Of a stretch of DNA of 43,932 bases, positions 1 to 9,514 are shown piece after piece. The stretch's first letter is position 1. Every line of letters begins with the position of its first letter. The position numbers were made by a program, and so were the translations under genes. Origin of the DNA: Ministeria vibrans ATCC 50519 (Eukaryota; Protista; Filasterea). A model generated the notes under the pieces. It did not search any database, was not told where the DNA came from, and worked only from the letters and a program-made list of their open reading frames with translations. The DNA lies in assembly GCA_943704425.1 (NCBI GenBank), contig CALSCP010002225.1, forward strand, positions 1 to 43,932. Direction: 5' to 3'.

Positions 1-1090
1 TTGCCCTGGTGCACATGGCCCGACATCGCACGCCACAATCGTTCACGTTGCACGTCCTTCAATTGCCGTTTTGCATTATGATCCTGCAAATCTAGACCGG
101 CAGTAGCACCAGCCCTATCAACAGGCACCTGATTGGTCGCTTCGGCATCCGCGCGCTCCACTCGACGGCTCCGGCCATCACCACCTAAGCGAACGCACAC
201 GCCACTGATTGGCATGGACCCCAATAATGCACACAAGTCCCAACGCATGGCCAGGTCCGCCAAATAACCATTGTTTCCTTCCACATTACGCACCCAAACG
301 CTCAAAACCACCGCGAGCAATCTCATCAGCACGCTCATTCCACTCCACTTCACGCGTCCGAGCGCGATCCGTCACATGTGCCTTACGTGCAAACCCTCCG
401 TCTTGGCGTGAAACTCTTCACGCACCAACAAAACGTCCCGCACTTTAATCCTAACCCCATATGTCGCGCGATCAGTGCTTTTTCGCACAGCTGGGCGAGT
501 ATAGTAGAGCAGAAAGCGTTCTGAAATTTCCAGCGGTGATTGTTGTAGATGTTTTCCTCGTTGCTGCTACTGTTGTGGGTATGGTATGGCTGCGCACGGT
601 CGACACGTAAACGTGTTGATGTCGGCTGTCGCTAATTTTGAAGCGAGCGAGAGCGAGGTCTTTTCATTCATTCCGCAGCGGATGCAGGTTGGAAGCAGGC
701 TGGGCTTAGGTGGTCCCCATGATGAGAGTGTTGCAACAAAGCAGCACCAGCACCTCTCTCAATTGTAACCTTTTCCGCATTTTGCTCCGGTAGTTTGACG
801 CCTCCAGCGGGGGGGGGAGTATCTATCTGTCTCTAAGTGGCGACGCTTTCGTGGTCTATTCATAATAGTTATGGCGATGTTATAAAATTATCTTTATTTT
901 CTCTTCATAAGAACTCAGTTTGTCTCTATAGCTATGTACATGTACAGGAGCTTGAGCCCCTCACTATGTAATCATTAGATTTTGACCAATTGCAAACGTC
1001 AATGCACTGATTGGACATTAACTATCTAAGCGCGTACACGGAACGTACTGTGTTTTTTTTTTGTTTACATTTAATTCATATAATATTTTT

Positions 1091-2580
1091 TTAATTTGAC
1101 TTCGTGAGCTTATAGAGACCAAAAAGGCAGTAGGCGGCGCAACCGATGGCAAACCCATTGTGGAGGACCTTTCGGACAGAGTCATCACGGCGCACGAGCA
1201 CCACTGGGTTGGACGAGCGCAAGTGCTCCACGGGAATACTGCGGAACTCGGAGCCATCCCAGTCGACCTGCGCATGAGGAGAGATACGGGGATAAATTAT
1301 TAAGTAGGGTGAGGGTTTGCTCCGAGTCACATACCTGATACTTGCACAGAGGGTCCTTGCGCCATTCTAAGTGATATGCAAGCGCACAGACAACGCTGGC
1401 CGCGCCAAAGGGAAGCGTGAAAAACGAAAAAGACACACTCATGTACTTGGAACACACGGGTGACATCTGCGCGCAAACAGGAGTAGAGGGAGACAAATCA
1501 GTACAAGCGGGCCAGCGAGTCGGAAAAAATTAGAATCGATGTAGATCGAATGAAAAGCGCACCACATCAGAGTTTACGTGAGAAAAGACGCAACTATTAT
1601 AATGACTGACAAAACATCACAACAATAATACAGAAACAAGCGTCATCGTCGAAGAAGGGACACTTCGAGTACAAATAACTACATTATAAATCACACAGAA
1701 TAAAAATACAAGACGTATGTACAAACAGAGTGGCTACTGACGGACCGCTCCACACTGCGATACATTCAGTTAGAAAATGGACTGGCCAAAAGCACCACAA
1801 TACAATCCGTTAGAAAATGAACGGAGCACATAGAGCAATACATTCAGTTTGAAAACAATCAATAACAAGACGTAATGATACATTGAAATGGATTGGTCAA
1901 AAATTAGTATACATACAGTTTGAAAACAGACTGATTAAGAACACCACAAAACAATCAGTTTGGAAGTGGACCAAGTACCGCCGGCGATAGATTCGGTTGG
2001 AAATGGAGGGGTCAAATCAAATGATAGCCGTTCTTACCAAGCACAGCAATCCGGACAGGACAGCCGACTTGTGCATTGTGTTGCCGATGCGAATGGTTGC
2101 TGCCGATTCCTTTCCGACACTCTACAGCAGTAGACATTAGCATACAGCATAGACTACATGTGGAGGAGGCCATGGCCTCGACAGCCTTTGCGCATTCGCA
2201 ACAAGCACAAAACGTTTCTTTTTTTTTTTTGAAACACAGGGTGACAATTGGGCCAAGTGGGCGTCTTCACGACACGTACCTCGTCGTCGATTACAATGAG
2301 ACTGACTTGCTCTTTCATTGACGCGTCGAGCTCCTCCCACATTTCATCGCGGTTCGTTCCCTGAAGGTGCTTGAAATGTTTCAAACTGTGCCGACCGACA
2401 CGACAAATGCTTTACCTGTAAGATCACGTACGACTCGATGTCCTCACTATCCACTGACTCCTCGTCACTCTCCGCATTGGAAACAACCTCGTCGTCAACT
2501 GGTGTGCTGGTTGCACTTCAGCAAGTTCAGCAGTGTATTGGATGTTCTTTTATGTCATCTTCGTACTTATCGGCTGACAT
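1091..2580 (-). CDS. TMEM11: Mitochondrial transmembrane protein 11 (TMEM11/PMI family), about 6 exons
   Basis: Spliced translation ...YVILQ|GTNRDEMWEELDASMKEQVSLIVIDDE|SVGKESAATIRIGNTMHKSAVLSGLLCL|...WRKDPLCKYQ|VDWDGS...SSNPVVLVRRDDSVRKVLHN matches the TMEM11 motifs GNCLHKTAVL, DPCCKYQV and STPVVLVRKDD. GT-AG sites keep frame. The first exon is tentative. Confidence 0.9.
1760..2013. repeat. Degenerate tandem array of about 7 units (31-40 bp) inside the 571-nt TMEM11 intron
   Basis: Core ATACA(T/A)TCAGTT(T/A)GAAAA(TG/CA)GAC recurs at about 1760, 1800, 1838, 1878, 1909, 1949 and 1987. Confidence 0.75.
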
Positions 2581-2794
2581 TACTCCTGTGTCTATCTGTC
2601 TAAACTATCTTTCTTCTACAATCTATGCGACCAAGTCAGTCGATTAATTAATTTCTGACTTGTGAGATGATGATTTTTTTTGTGTTATTGTTGATGAGCT
2701 TTGTGAGAGAGACTGAGTCAAAGAGATAATCAGATAATTAATAATAATTAATAATAATAATAAATTTGTTAATCGTCTCCTGTGGGTTCTCGAT

Positions 2795-3076
2795 ATGCAA
2801 GCGTCTCGACTCCTGTTAGGCACCCTTCGCCAGACGCCGTCGGCCTCGCGCGCCGCCGCCCTGCGTCTCCCTCAATCTTCTTTTCGTCGAACACTCTCAA
2901 CCGTTGCTATTCCGCCAGCGCCCCGCTCGAGCCCCGTCACTGCTATCGGCTTCTTTGGCGTCACCAGCGCGTGCATCTACGTCGGCGGCAAATGCTCCAA
3001 GGCGGTCACCGATTTTCTTGAAGAAACCGATTTGTTCATTTATGAGGACGACGACGACGACGACGACGACGATTAG
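2795..3076 (+). CDS. SMDT1: Essential MCU regulator EMRE (mitochondrial calcium uniporter subunit)
   Basis: 93 aa single exon with an Arg/Ser-rich presequence, AIPPAP (cf. ILPKP), a TM helix with YVGxxxSK, FLEETDLF and a C-terminal poly-Asp tail. Confidence 0.88.
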   Translation: MQASRLLLGTLRQTPSASRAAALRLPQSSFRRTLSTVAIPPAPRSSPVTAIGFFGVTSACIYVGGKCSKAVTDFLEETDLFIYEDDDDDDDDD

Positions 3077-3411
3077 GCTCTCATTGTACCAACCATTACA
3101 CACCTCACGCATTTGTACTTCTTATATGCCCAACTGTGTCCTTCTTGACGATCTTCTTGAGGTTTTTTTTTTCTTTTTCCCTCTCTCCTTTTCTCTTTCC
3201 TCTCCTTCAATCAGCAGATAGAAGAGAAGATGATCACAGTATCACCACTCTCTATCCTGCAATGAGCAATCCGATTCAGTGGCGCGGCGCCAGTAATTCA
3301 CACTCACTGGCATAACTAACATAACAACGACCAAAATCACCAAAATTGAAAAATGAAAATTCCAAATTCATTCGTTTTTTATATCTTTACTCTACCGCGC
3401 ACGTAGTACGT

Positions 3412-4099
3412 ATGGGAAACGCAGAATCTGTCCCGGTCCAGACGACCATCGTGCCAAAGGCACAAGATCCACTTGTATGACTCTCCCTTGCAATATGACG
3501 AACCAAAAATAAAACCGCTCATCGCTCGCTTTATCCAAGTAGACTGGCCCGTACAGCGAACAGCACCCTCCACCGTACACACCGGTACATTGGTTCACAA
3601 CATCATTGCATCTCCTCACTCAAGTCTTTTCCTTCACTTTCTTCCCTCTGGGAATTTTTCTTGCACTCAAGGACAGACTGCTCAACCGGCTCCAGCACAT
3701 CGATACACGCAACAACAACAGCAGCAGTACCCGCCACAGCAACCTTATGCATCACAACAACAACAGTATGCGCCACAGCAGCACTATGCATCGCAACAAC
3801 AACAGTATCCGCCACAGCAGCAGTATCCGCCCCAGCAGCCGTACCCACCACAACAACCTCAGTATGCTACGCAGCAGTACGCCCCGCAGTACCCACAGCA
3901 GCAGGTAGTAGGCGTGTCTTCTTTTGAGCCTGGCTATCGCGCTGGTGCACCGGGAGCCCGGGCAGGACACGTTCCTCCCCCACCTCCTGGTTGTGCACCG
4001 GTGGCGGCGCAACACGCTGTCGCTGCCGGTGGCACTGCAATCGTTCAGCCTCAACGGGGTTCTTTTTGGACCGGTGGTGGTGATGGAGGTCTTCACTGA
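3412..4099 (+). CDS. DAZAP2: DAZAP2-like Pro/Gln/Tyr-rich protein, about 3 exons
   Basis: The C-terminus VPPPPPGCAPVAAQHAVAAGGTAIVQPQRGSFWTGGGDGG matches DAZAP2 (IPPPPPGCPPNAAQLA...KGNFFMGGSDGG). ATG at 3412 gives MGNAES. Confidence 0.8.
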
Positions 4100-4234
4100 G
4101 AGTGATGCTGTCCACTATACGCAACTTAGACGAACTTCAACGAACAATAAAAATAAACTGATATTATTGTTATAATGTTATTATTATAATACACATGCTA
4201 TTTTTTGTCCGTAGCGTTTCACTTAGTGTACAGG

Positions 4235-5035
4235 TCAAATGGCATCGTCCTCGTGCAGGATTGACTGCGGAACGCTGCTCGGGGGCTGTGCCAGTGCGTC
4301 TGACGCTGGCAGGGGCGACGTTGAAGGGTTGCGTCGCGTGTCCCGCGCCACCTCCGCAATAATACTCTGCGCAATCTAACGTACAATACCAATAATAATT
4401 GTAACATTAGTATAATTGAGATCAATCACACCAGAATCACACCTCGAGTGCCTTTTGATCTCGCTCTCGACGATCAACCGTCTTGAACAGCCCAACACGC
4501 GACACCTGAGGCTCTACAGGAACAGCAAACGGACATTAGACAACTGGGTGGCATGCCGCATCCGTGCAAAAGAGAGTTACTACCATTGAGCGACGGCTCT
4601 AGCGCCACCATGGCCTGCTCCGTAGTTTGGTCGCGCACGTACACTCCCCACTCGTTGACGCGCCCCAGCGCAAAGCGTTGTCGTCGTTCGCTCTCTTCGC
4701 GGGCGAGACGCGCCTTACGCTCCGCATCAGACTCGGCTGCGTCGTGTCCCGTTCGCCCTTCGTGTACAGCAGACGCATCGTCGTGCTCGCTGTCCGAGTG
4801 GCTCTCCTCAGACTCTAGCTGCCCTTCGCTGTCCCGTCCGCCCTGTCGTGCCGTGCCGTCAATCTCTCGCACGTACTGCTGCCAAAGAGGACTCTGCAGA
4901 AACGTTTGCAAGTGCTTCTCTTCAAGCTTGGCAAACACAACCGCCTAAAATAACAATAAAATGAATAATAATATTATTATTAATAATAATTTTTATTATT
5001 ATTTTTCTTAGTATTAATATTATTATTATTATTTT

Positions 5036-5070
<35 letters not shown>

Positions 5071-5071
5071 A

Positions 5072-5107
<36 letters not shown>

Positions 5108-5126
5108 GTTGTTGTTGTTGTTGTTG

Positions 5127-5157
<31 letters not shown>

Positions 5158-6539
5158 GATAAAAAACACATACACACAAAAAAAAGTTCACCTGAAGTTT
5201 TGCAAAAGTGCTGGGTGGTGGACCATCTTCGGCGCAAATGTTACACTCGATTTCAATGCGGGCTCGATCGGCAGCGCCGACGGGTGCGCGTGCCTGCATG
5301 CTCACGTGGCGCTCATAGATAGCCATGGCATCCTCCTGGTTACGCATCGCTGCTGCCGCCCGCTCCGTTTCCTCCGCCCACGCCGCACTGCCTCCCCCTG
5401 ATCGCGCTTCGTCGCCGTCGTCGTCCTCCTCCTCCTCCTTTTCCTCTAATCGTCTCGTCTCCTCGATGCTCACCCCCACTACCACAAGGTTGTGCACCCA
5501 TGCATCGACGGTGAGCCAGAATTGCAGCTGTGCGCTGCCATATGAACCTCCTGAACGCTCAAGGTGTTCGCGCAAGCAGGCCATTGTGTCGTGGTTCAAT
5601 AAAATGTCCAACAATGTTAGTTGGCCGTGCTCGAGAACCCGCATAATGTGTCCTGCAAACTCACGACTACGTCGAAACGCGGGCCACACGCGCGACTCCA
5701 TTTTGTGCATGAGAAAATCGACAGCCGGATCAAACGCGTCGTGTGGCGGATCGCCATCCTCCTTGCTGATGTTGAGCACCACTTGCTGACGTACGCTCGC
5801 CGGAATCCTCAGCGGCTGCGTTGCTTGCATCGAAATGAACCGTTCGTAGAGCGACAACGCCAGTGACATAGCGTCCTCAATCGCTTCCGCCCGTGCCGCC
5901 GCCAACGCCTCCGCGTCCAGCTCCGCCCCACTAGGCTTGCGCGAGCCAGATAAATACGTGCTCTGGTCTACCACTGTCGCCGCTGTTGCTGTGGCAGGCA
6001 CGTCTCCCAACAGTGCCAAAGGGGGTCGGCGGGCAATGGCTCGGCGATAAGATGCGACTTGCATACAAAACTGAAATGACGCGACAGTTCGCGGCGCGCA
6101 TCGTTCAAGGAACGGCACAAACGCGCTGATGCAAGAGTGGCCACGCATCACGGCCCCCAGCGTGGGCGACAATGCACTCAGGCGGCGAGTGCCACGTACA
6201 GAGGTCCGGAACTCCGCGAGCGCTTTTCGAAACGTTTGCGGCGTGTGTGCAGCCGGATCGCTGTTGCGCATCGATGTCGCCGATGTGCGTCTTGTAGAGG
6301 GTAATGCGGCAGGCCCAGCTGCAGCGGACCGTGTCGCTTGATTCGACGTGCGACTGGCCGTGCGCGTTCCCGTTAGAAGTGAGCCAGACCTTGTGTTTGG
6401 CCTGCTTTGTTGCGGCGGCCGCGACCCTGCCGTCGAATCTACTTTCCCTCCAACTCCTGAAGGGGTGAAACGTCAAACAAAAACAGGCACTGGATCAAGT
6501 ACCTGAAGCAGAACTTGAGGTAGACGGTGGGCGCGACAT
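4235..6539 (-). CDS. AKAP10: AKAP10 (D-AKAP2)-like protein with two RGS domains and a C-terminal PKA-anchoring helix
   Basis: Two RGS repeats (QFCMQVASY...LYERFISMQA; LQFWLTVDAW...AMAIYERHVSMQA), a GRVNEWGVYV motif, and spliced KALE|IAQSIIAEV resembling the AKB helix. Exon 1 (6539-6503) splices in frame to 6456. Confidence 0.8.
4950..5160. repeat. (AAT)n/(AAC)n microsatellite inside AKAP10 intron 4945-5191
   Basis: Directly visible; flanked by a GTGAAC donor and TTTTAG acceptor on the minus strand. Confidence 0.9.
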
Positions 6540-6808
6540 CTTTGCACGCGATGAGAAAAAAATAAACAATAATAATTTATATGAATAAACAAGGCACACA
6601 CGTCACACGCCACACGTCTCACGTCACACGTCTCACGTCACACGTAAACACACACACACACACGAACAATCTATGAAGCAAAACAATTGATCAACTTATT
6701 ATAATCAAATAAATCAATGCTCGTTTGTTTTGTTTTGATAGCCCGTAGGGGTTTGAGTTTTTAGTAGTCACACGCGAACACTTGACATTGCGTAGGGTGT
6801 TTCATTGT

Positions 6809-7861
6809 TTAATGCTCATTGCTCAATGCTGAATGTTTGGAAAGTAACGAATGTATGAGGGCATGTGTTTTGAGTTCTGAACGAGACTGAATCACACTGT
6901 TGAAGTTGCGAAACTTGCATCGTGTCACAAATTTCAAAATATCTCGATTCATGTACATTTTTCAACAGTATCCCAAAATGTCCTCACTCGGATCTGATCC
7001 AAATGACGTTGACCACGAGGAATCTACAAAAAGAAAGAAAAAAGAATCAAGAACAAATTCATGCCTCTGCGCACACTCACCGAAAGCACTTTGACATTCC
7101 ATTTGGTCACATTAGAATCGGTTACTTGATCATCAAATTTCAAGTGAAACCCACAAGCTACACAACCCGGGGAAAAAAAAAAAAGCTAAAGTGGTCAGAA
7201 AGAGAGAGAGACGGACGCAAAAAAGAAAAACAAACACCACACACACCTTTGGAAAAGATGTCGGTGGGAGATGAATAGGGCCAGCCTTTAAACTGCCAGG
7301 TCTTTCCATCGGTGAAGACAGCAACAACGCGCTTCCAGTCGTCGGGAGTCAGGTGCTCAACAGAGTCAATGACCTGGTACGGCAGTAGCCGCTGGTCTGT
7401 TGTCGTGCGCTGACGGTGCGCAATCGTCACGTTCTGCGGCTTCTTCCCTGCCTCCTCCTTGCGCTTCTGCTCTGCCGGCACGTAAATTAGATCTTGCAGA
7501 AACGCCGACACATTGTAAATGTTGATCATCGACGTGAGCGACGCTGGCACAATGATGATGGGGGTACTCGACACTAAAGCACACAATCACTTCAGATCAG
7601 ATGCAGTTTTTGTTGATGCACCGAAAAAACGTACCCTTCTTCTTAGGCTTGGACGGCGATTTGGACGATGATGTGCGCGACGATGTCTTGCGCGACGACG
7701 ACGACGACGACGACGACGAAGCATGCGTCGACCTATACAAGCACGTTCATCAGCACCAACAAGCCATCACACCACAACCACCAATCAATCAAACAGATAT
7801 CATACCGTGATGCCGAGGACGATGATGATAAGGGGGCTGGTGACGAAGCACTAGACTCGTT
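6809..7861 (-). CDS. CDC73: CDC73/parafibromin, C-terminal part only; 3' end approximate
   Basis: KKKVSSTPIIIVP, DDWKRVVAVFTDGKTWQFKGWP, CGFHLKFDD, KWNVKVL and RHLDQIRVRTFW are CDC73_C motifs. No N-terminal exons were found. Confidence 0.85.
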
Positions 7862-7918
7862 CTATTTAAAAATGACAAACCTGGTTAGAAACAAACAACA
7901 AAATAATAACAACAACAA

Positions 7919-7968
<50 letters not shown>

Positions 7969-8086
7969 ATAGTAGAAAATGTAGTGGAGCGTTTGGGGCT
8001 GCGGTGCGCGCAGACATTGTATAAACACACGCAGTTGCACGTGGGAGAGGAAGGCAGGCCGCTACTTGTGCTGATTTTTGCAAGCG

Positions 8087-8122
<36 letters not shown>

Positions 8123-8126
8123 ACAA

Positions 8127-9371
8127 ATGTCCTTTCGAGAACTGGTGGAGGGTGACCGGTTTGATGAAGCAGAAGGAGTTGAATGCGACGCAAATGAGGA
8201 TGTTTCCTGGCTACTGGAGCGGGCGGTGCAGCAGACGACGGCCGTGGCACAGCGAGAGAGTCTGTTGCGATTGAGTGCGCAACGCGCTGCGCTCCTTTCG
8301 ACAGGCCAAAGCAGGTGCCAATCGATGCTATATTGCCTGGCGCTCATGGATGACGCCTACGACACGTCGGACGCCACCGACGAGTCACTTGCGGGGCTTG
8401 TGACCACACTCGGTGGCGACAGGACACTCCGGGACTTTCTCGATCGCCACTTTGACACCCTTCTGCAACAGTTGAGGCCCTTCCTCGCCTGCAACGACAA
8501 TTCACACGCCCAGTCGTGGCACACTCATCTGTGGGTTGTGCCTGCTTTCAAGGGCGTCGTGACGCGTCTTCCACGGCCCCATTTGCACGAACGAGTCGTT
8601 TGGATTTTGCCGGGGCTCATGCGACTGCTACAGGACTATCGTGAAGCGAACAAGCGCGATGGCATTGCCATTTGCGATCATGTGGTTCAACACGTGGACG
8701 CTGCCGAGTTGCGCTGGAATGGACATGCCGAGGTTCTCTTGCAGTCGCTCGAAAATCAGGTGTACGTCCACGATGCACAGGTGTTACACGCTCTCGCCGG
8801 ACCACTTGTCGACCTGCTGGCGTCGCTGGAGCCCTGGCGATTGCACGCCAAAATTACTCGTACCTCTGTTGCTGAAGGCGGCGGTACTACGACTAGCACG
8901 GTTTTACCGAGTGCCGTGTACGTGGTGGAAACACGACGCGAGGCGGACAGCAAAGGCGATGGGCACAAGAGCGACGCGACCATGCGCAAAGTCATGCAGA
9001 GCATCGCCATGAATCTCAAGCGTGACCAAGCCACACGCACCGCCTATGTACACCTACTTTCGTCCATGGTCACACTTCTGGGTGCCGACACCATCCGTCA
9101 TCTGCGCGTCCTCTTGCCCCTCCTGTGCACACTCCTCGTTGACACGCGCACTCCCGATATTGTCGACTTGCTGCGTCTTGTCACCGCCGTCTGCTGGCCT
9201 CGCATTCCCGCACACACCGGTCAACTTATGGCCGCTCTCACGGCTGCCACCAGTGCGCCCTACACACCCGTCTCTGCCGACTTTGCCAAGGCCATTGAGC
9301 TCTTCAAGGACCACTTGCGAGACATTGGGTGTCGTCTCGAAGATTTTGTACACAAACCCCCTTGTAAATAA
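8127..9371 (+). CDS. TTI2: TELO2-interacting protein 2 (TTT complex), single exon
   Basis: LQDYREANKRDGIAICDHVVQHVDAAELRWNGHAEVL and CWPRIPAH match TTI2 family motifs; helical HEAT-like composition. Confidence 0.8.
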   Translation: MSFRELVEGDRFDEAEGVECDANEDVSWLLERAVQQTTAVAQRESLLRLSAQRAALLSTGQSRCQSMLYCLALMDDAYDTSDATDESLAGLVTTLGGDRTLRDFLDRHFDTLLQQLRPFLACNDNSHAQSWHTHLWVVPAFKGVVTRLPRPHLHERVVWILPGLMRLLQDYREANKRDGIAICDHVVQHVDAAELRWNGHAEVLLQSLENQVYVHDAQVLHALAGPLVDLLASLEPWRLHAKITRTSVAEGGGTTTSTVLPSAVYVVETRREADSKGDGHKSDATMRKVMQSIAMNLKRDQATRTAYVHLLSSMVTLLGADTIRHLRVLLPLLCTLLVDTRTPDIVDLLRLVTAVCWPRIPAHTGQLMAALTAATSAPYTPVSADFAKAIELFKDHLRDIGCRLEDFVHKPPCK

Positions 9372-9514
9372 TAATAATAATGTAATAATATGAATAATAG
9401 TGGTTGTATAATAATATTGATAATAATATACACAATCAATGTGGATCAAACAAGGAGTTAGGAGGACTCTTTTATTACAAGCTTTAAACTTACTCTTATT
9501 TGACTTCTCCTTCA

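Noticed and set aside
1-1000. Coding ORFs or an LTR remnant (G-run near 808, TGGCG near 838, CCAAT boxes)
   Set aside because: No recognisable protein motifs and no paired LTR or terminal repeats; the region is left unassigned.
1565-1650. Intronic C/D snoRNA on the minus strand
   Set aside because: Box C matches are imperfect, and no terminal stem or recognisable rRNA guide was seen.
1760-2013. CRISPR array
   Set aside because: The repeats are degenerate, the spacers are short and related to each other, there are no cas genes, and the array lies in a eukaryotic intron.
4945-5191. Poly-Asn tract in the 449-aa ORF
   Set aside because: It is read-through into a microsatellite intron bounded by GT-AG.
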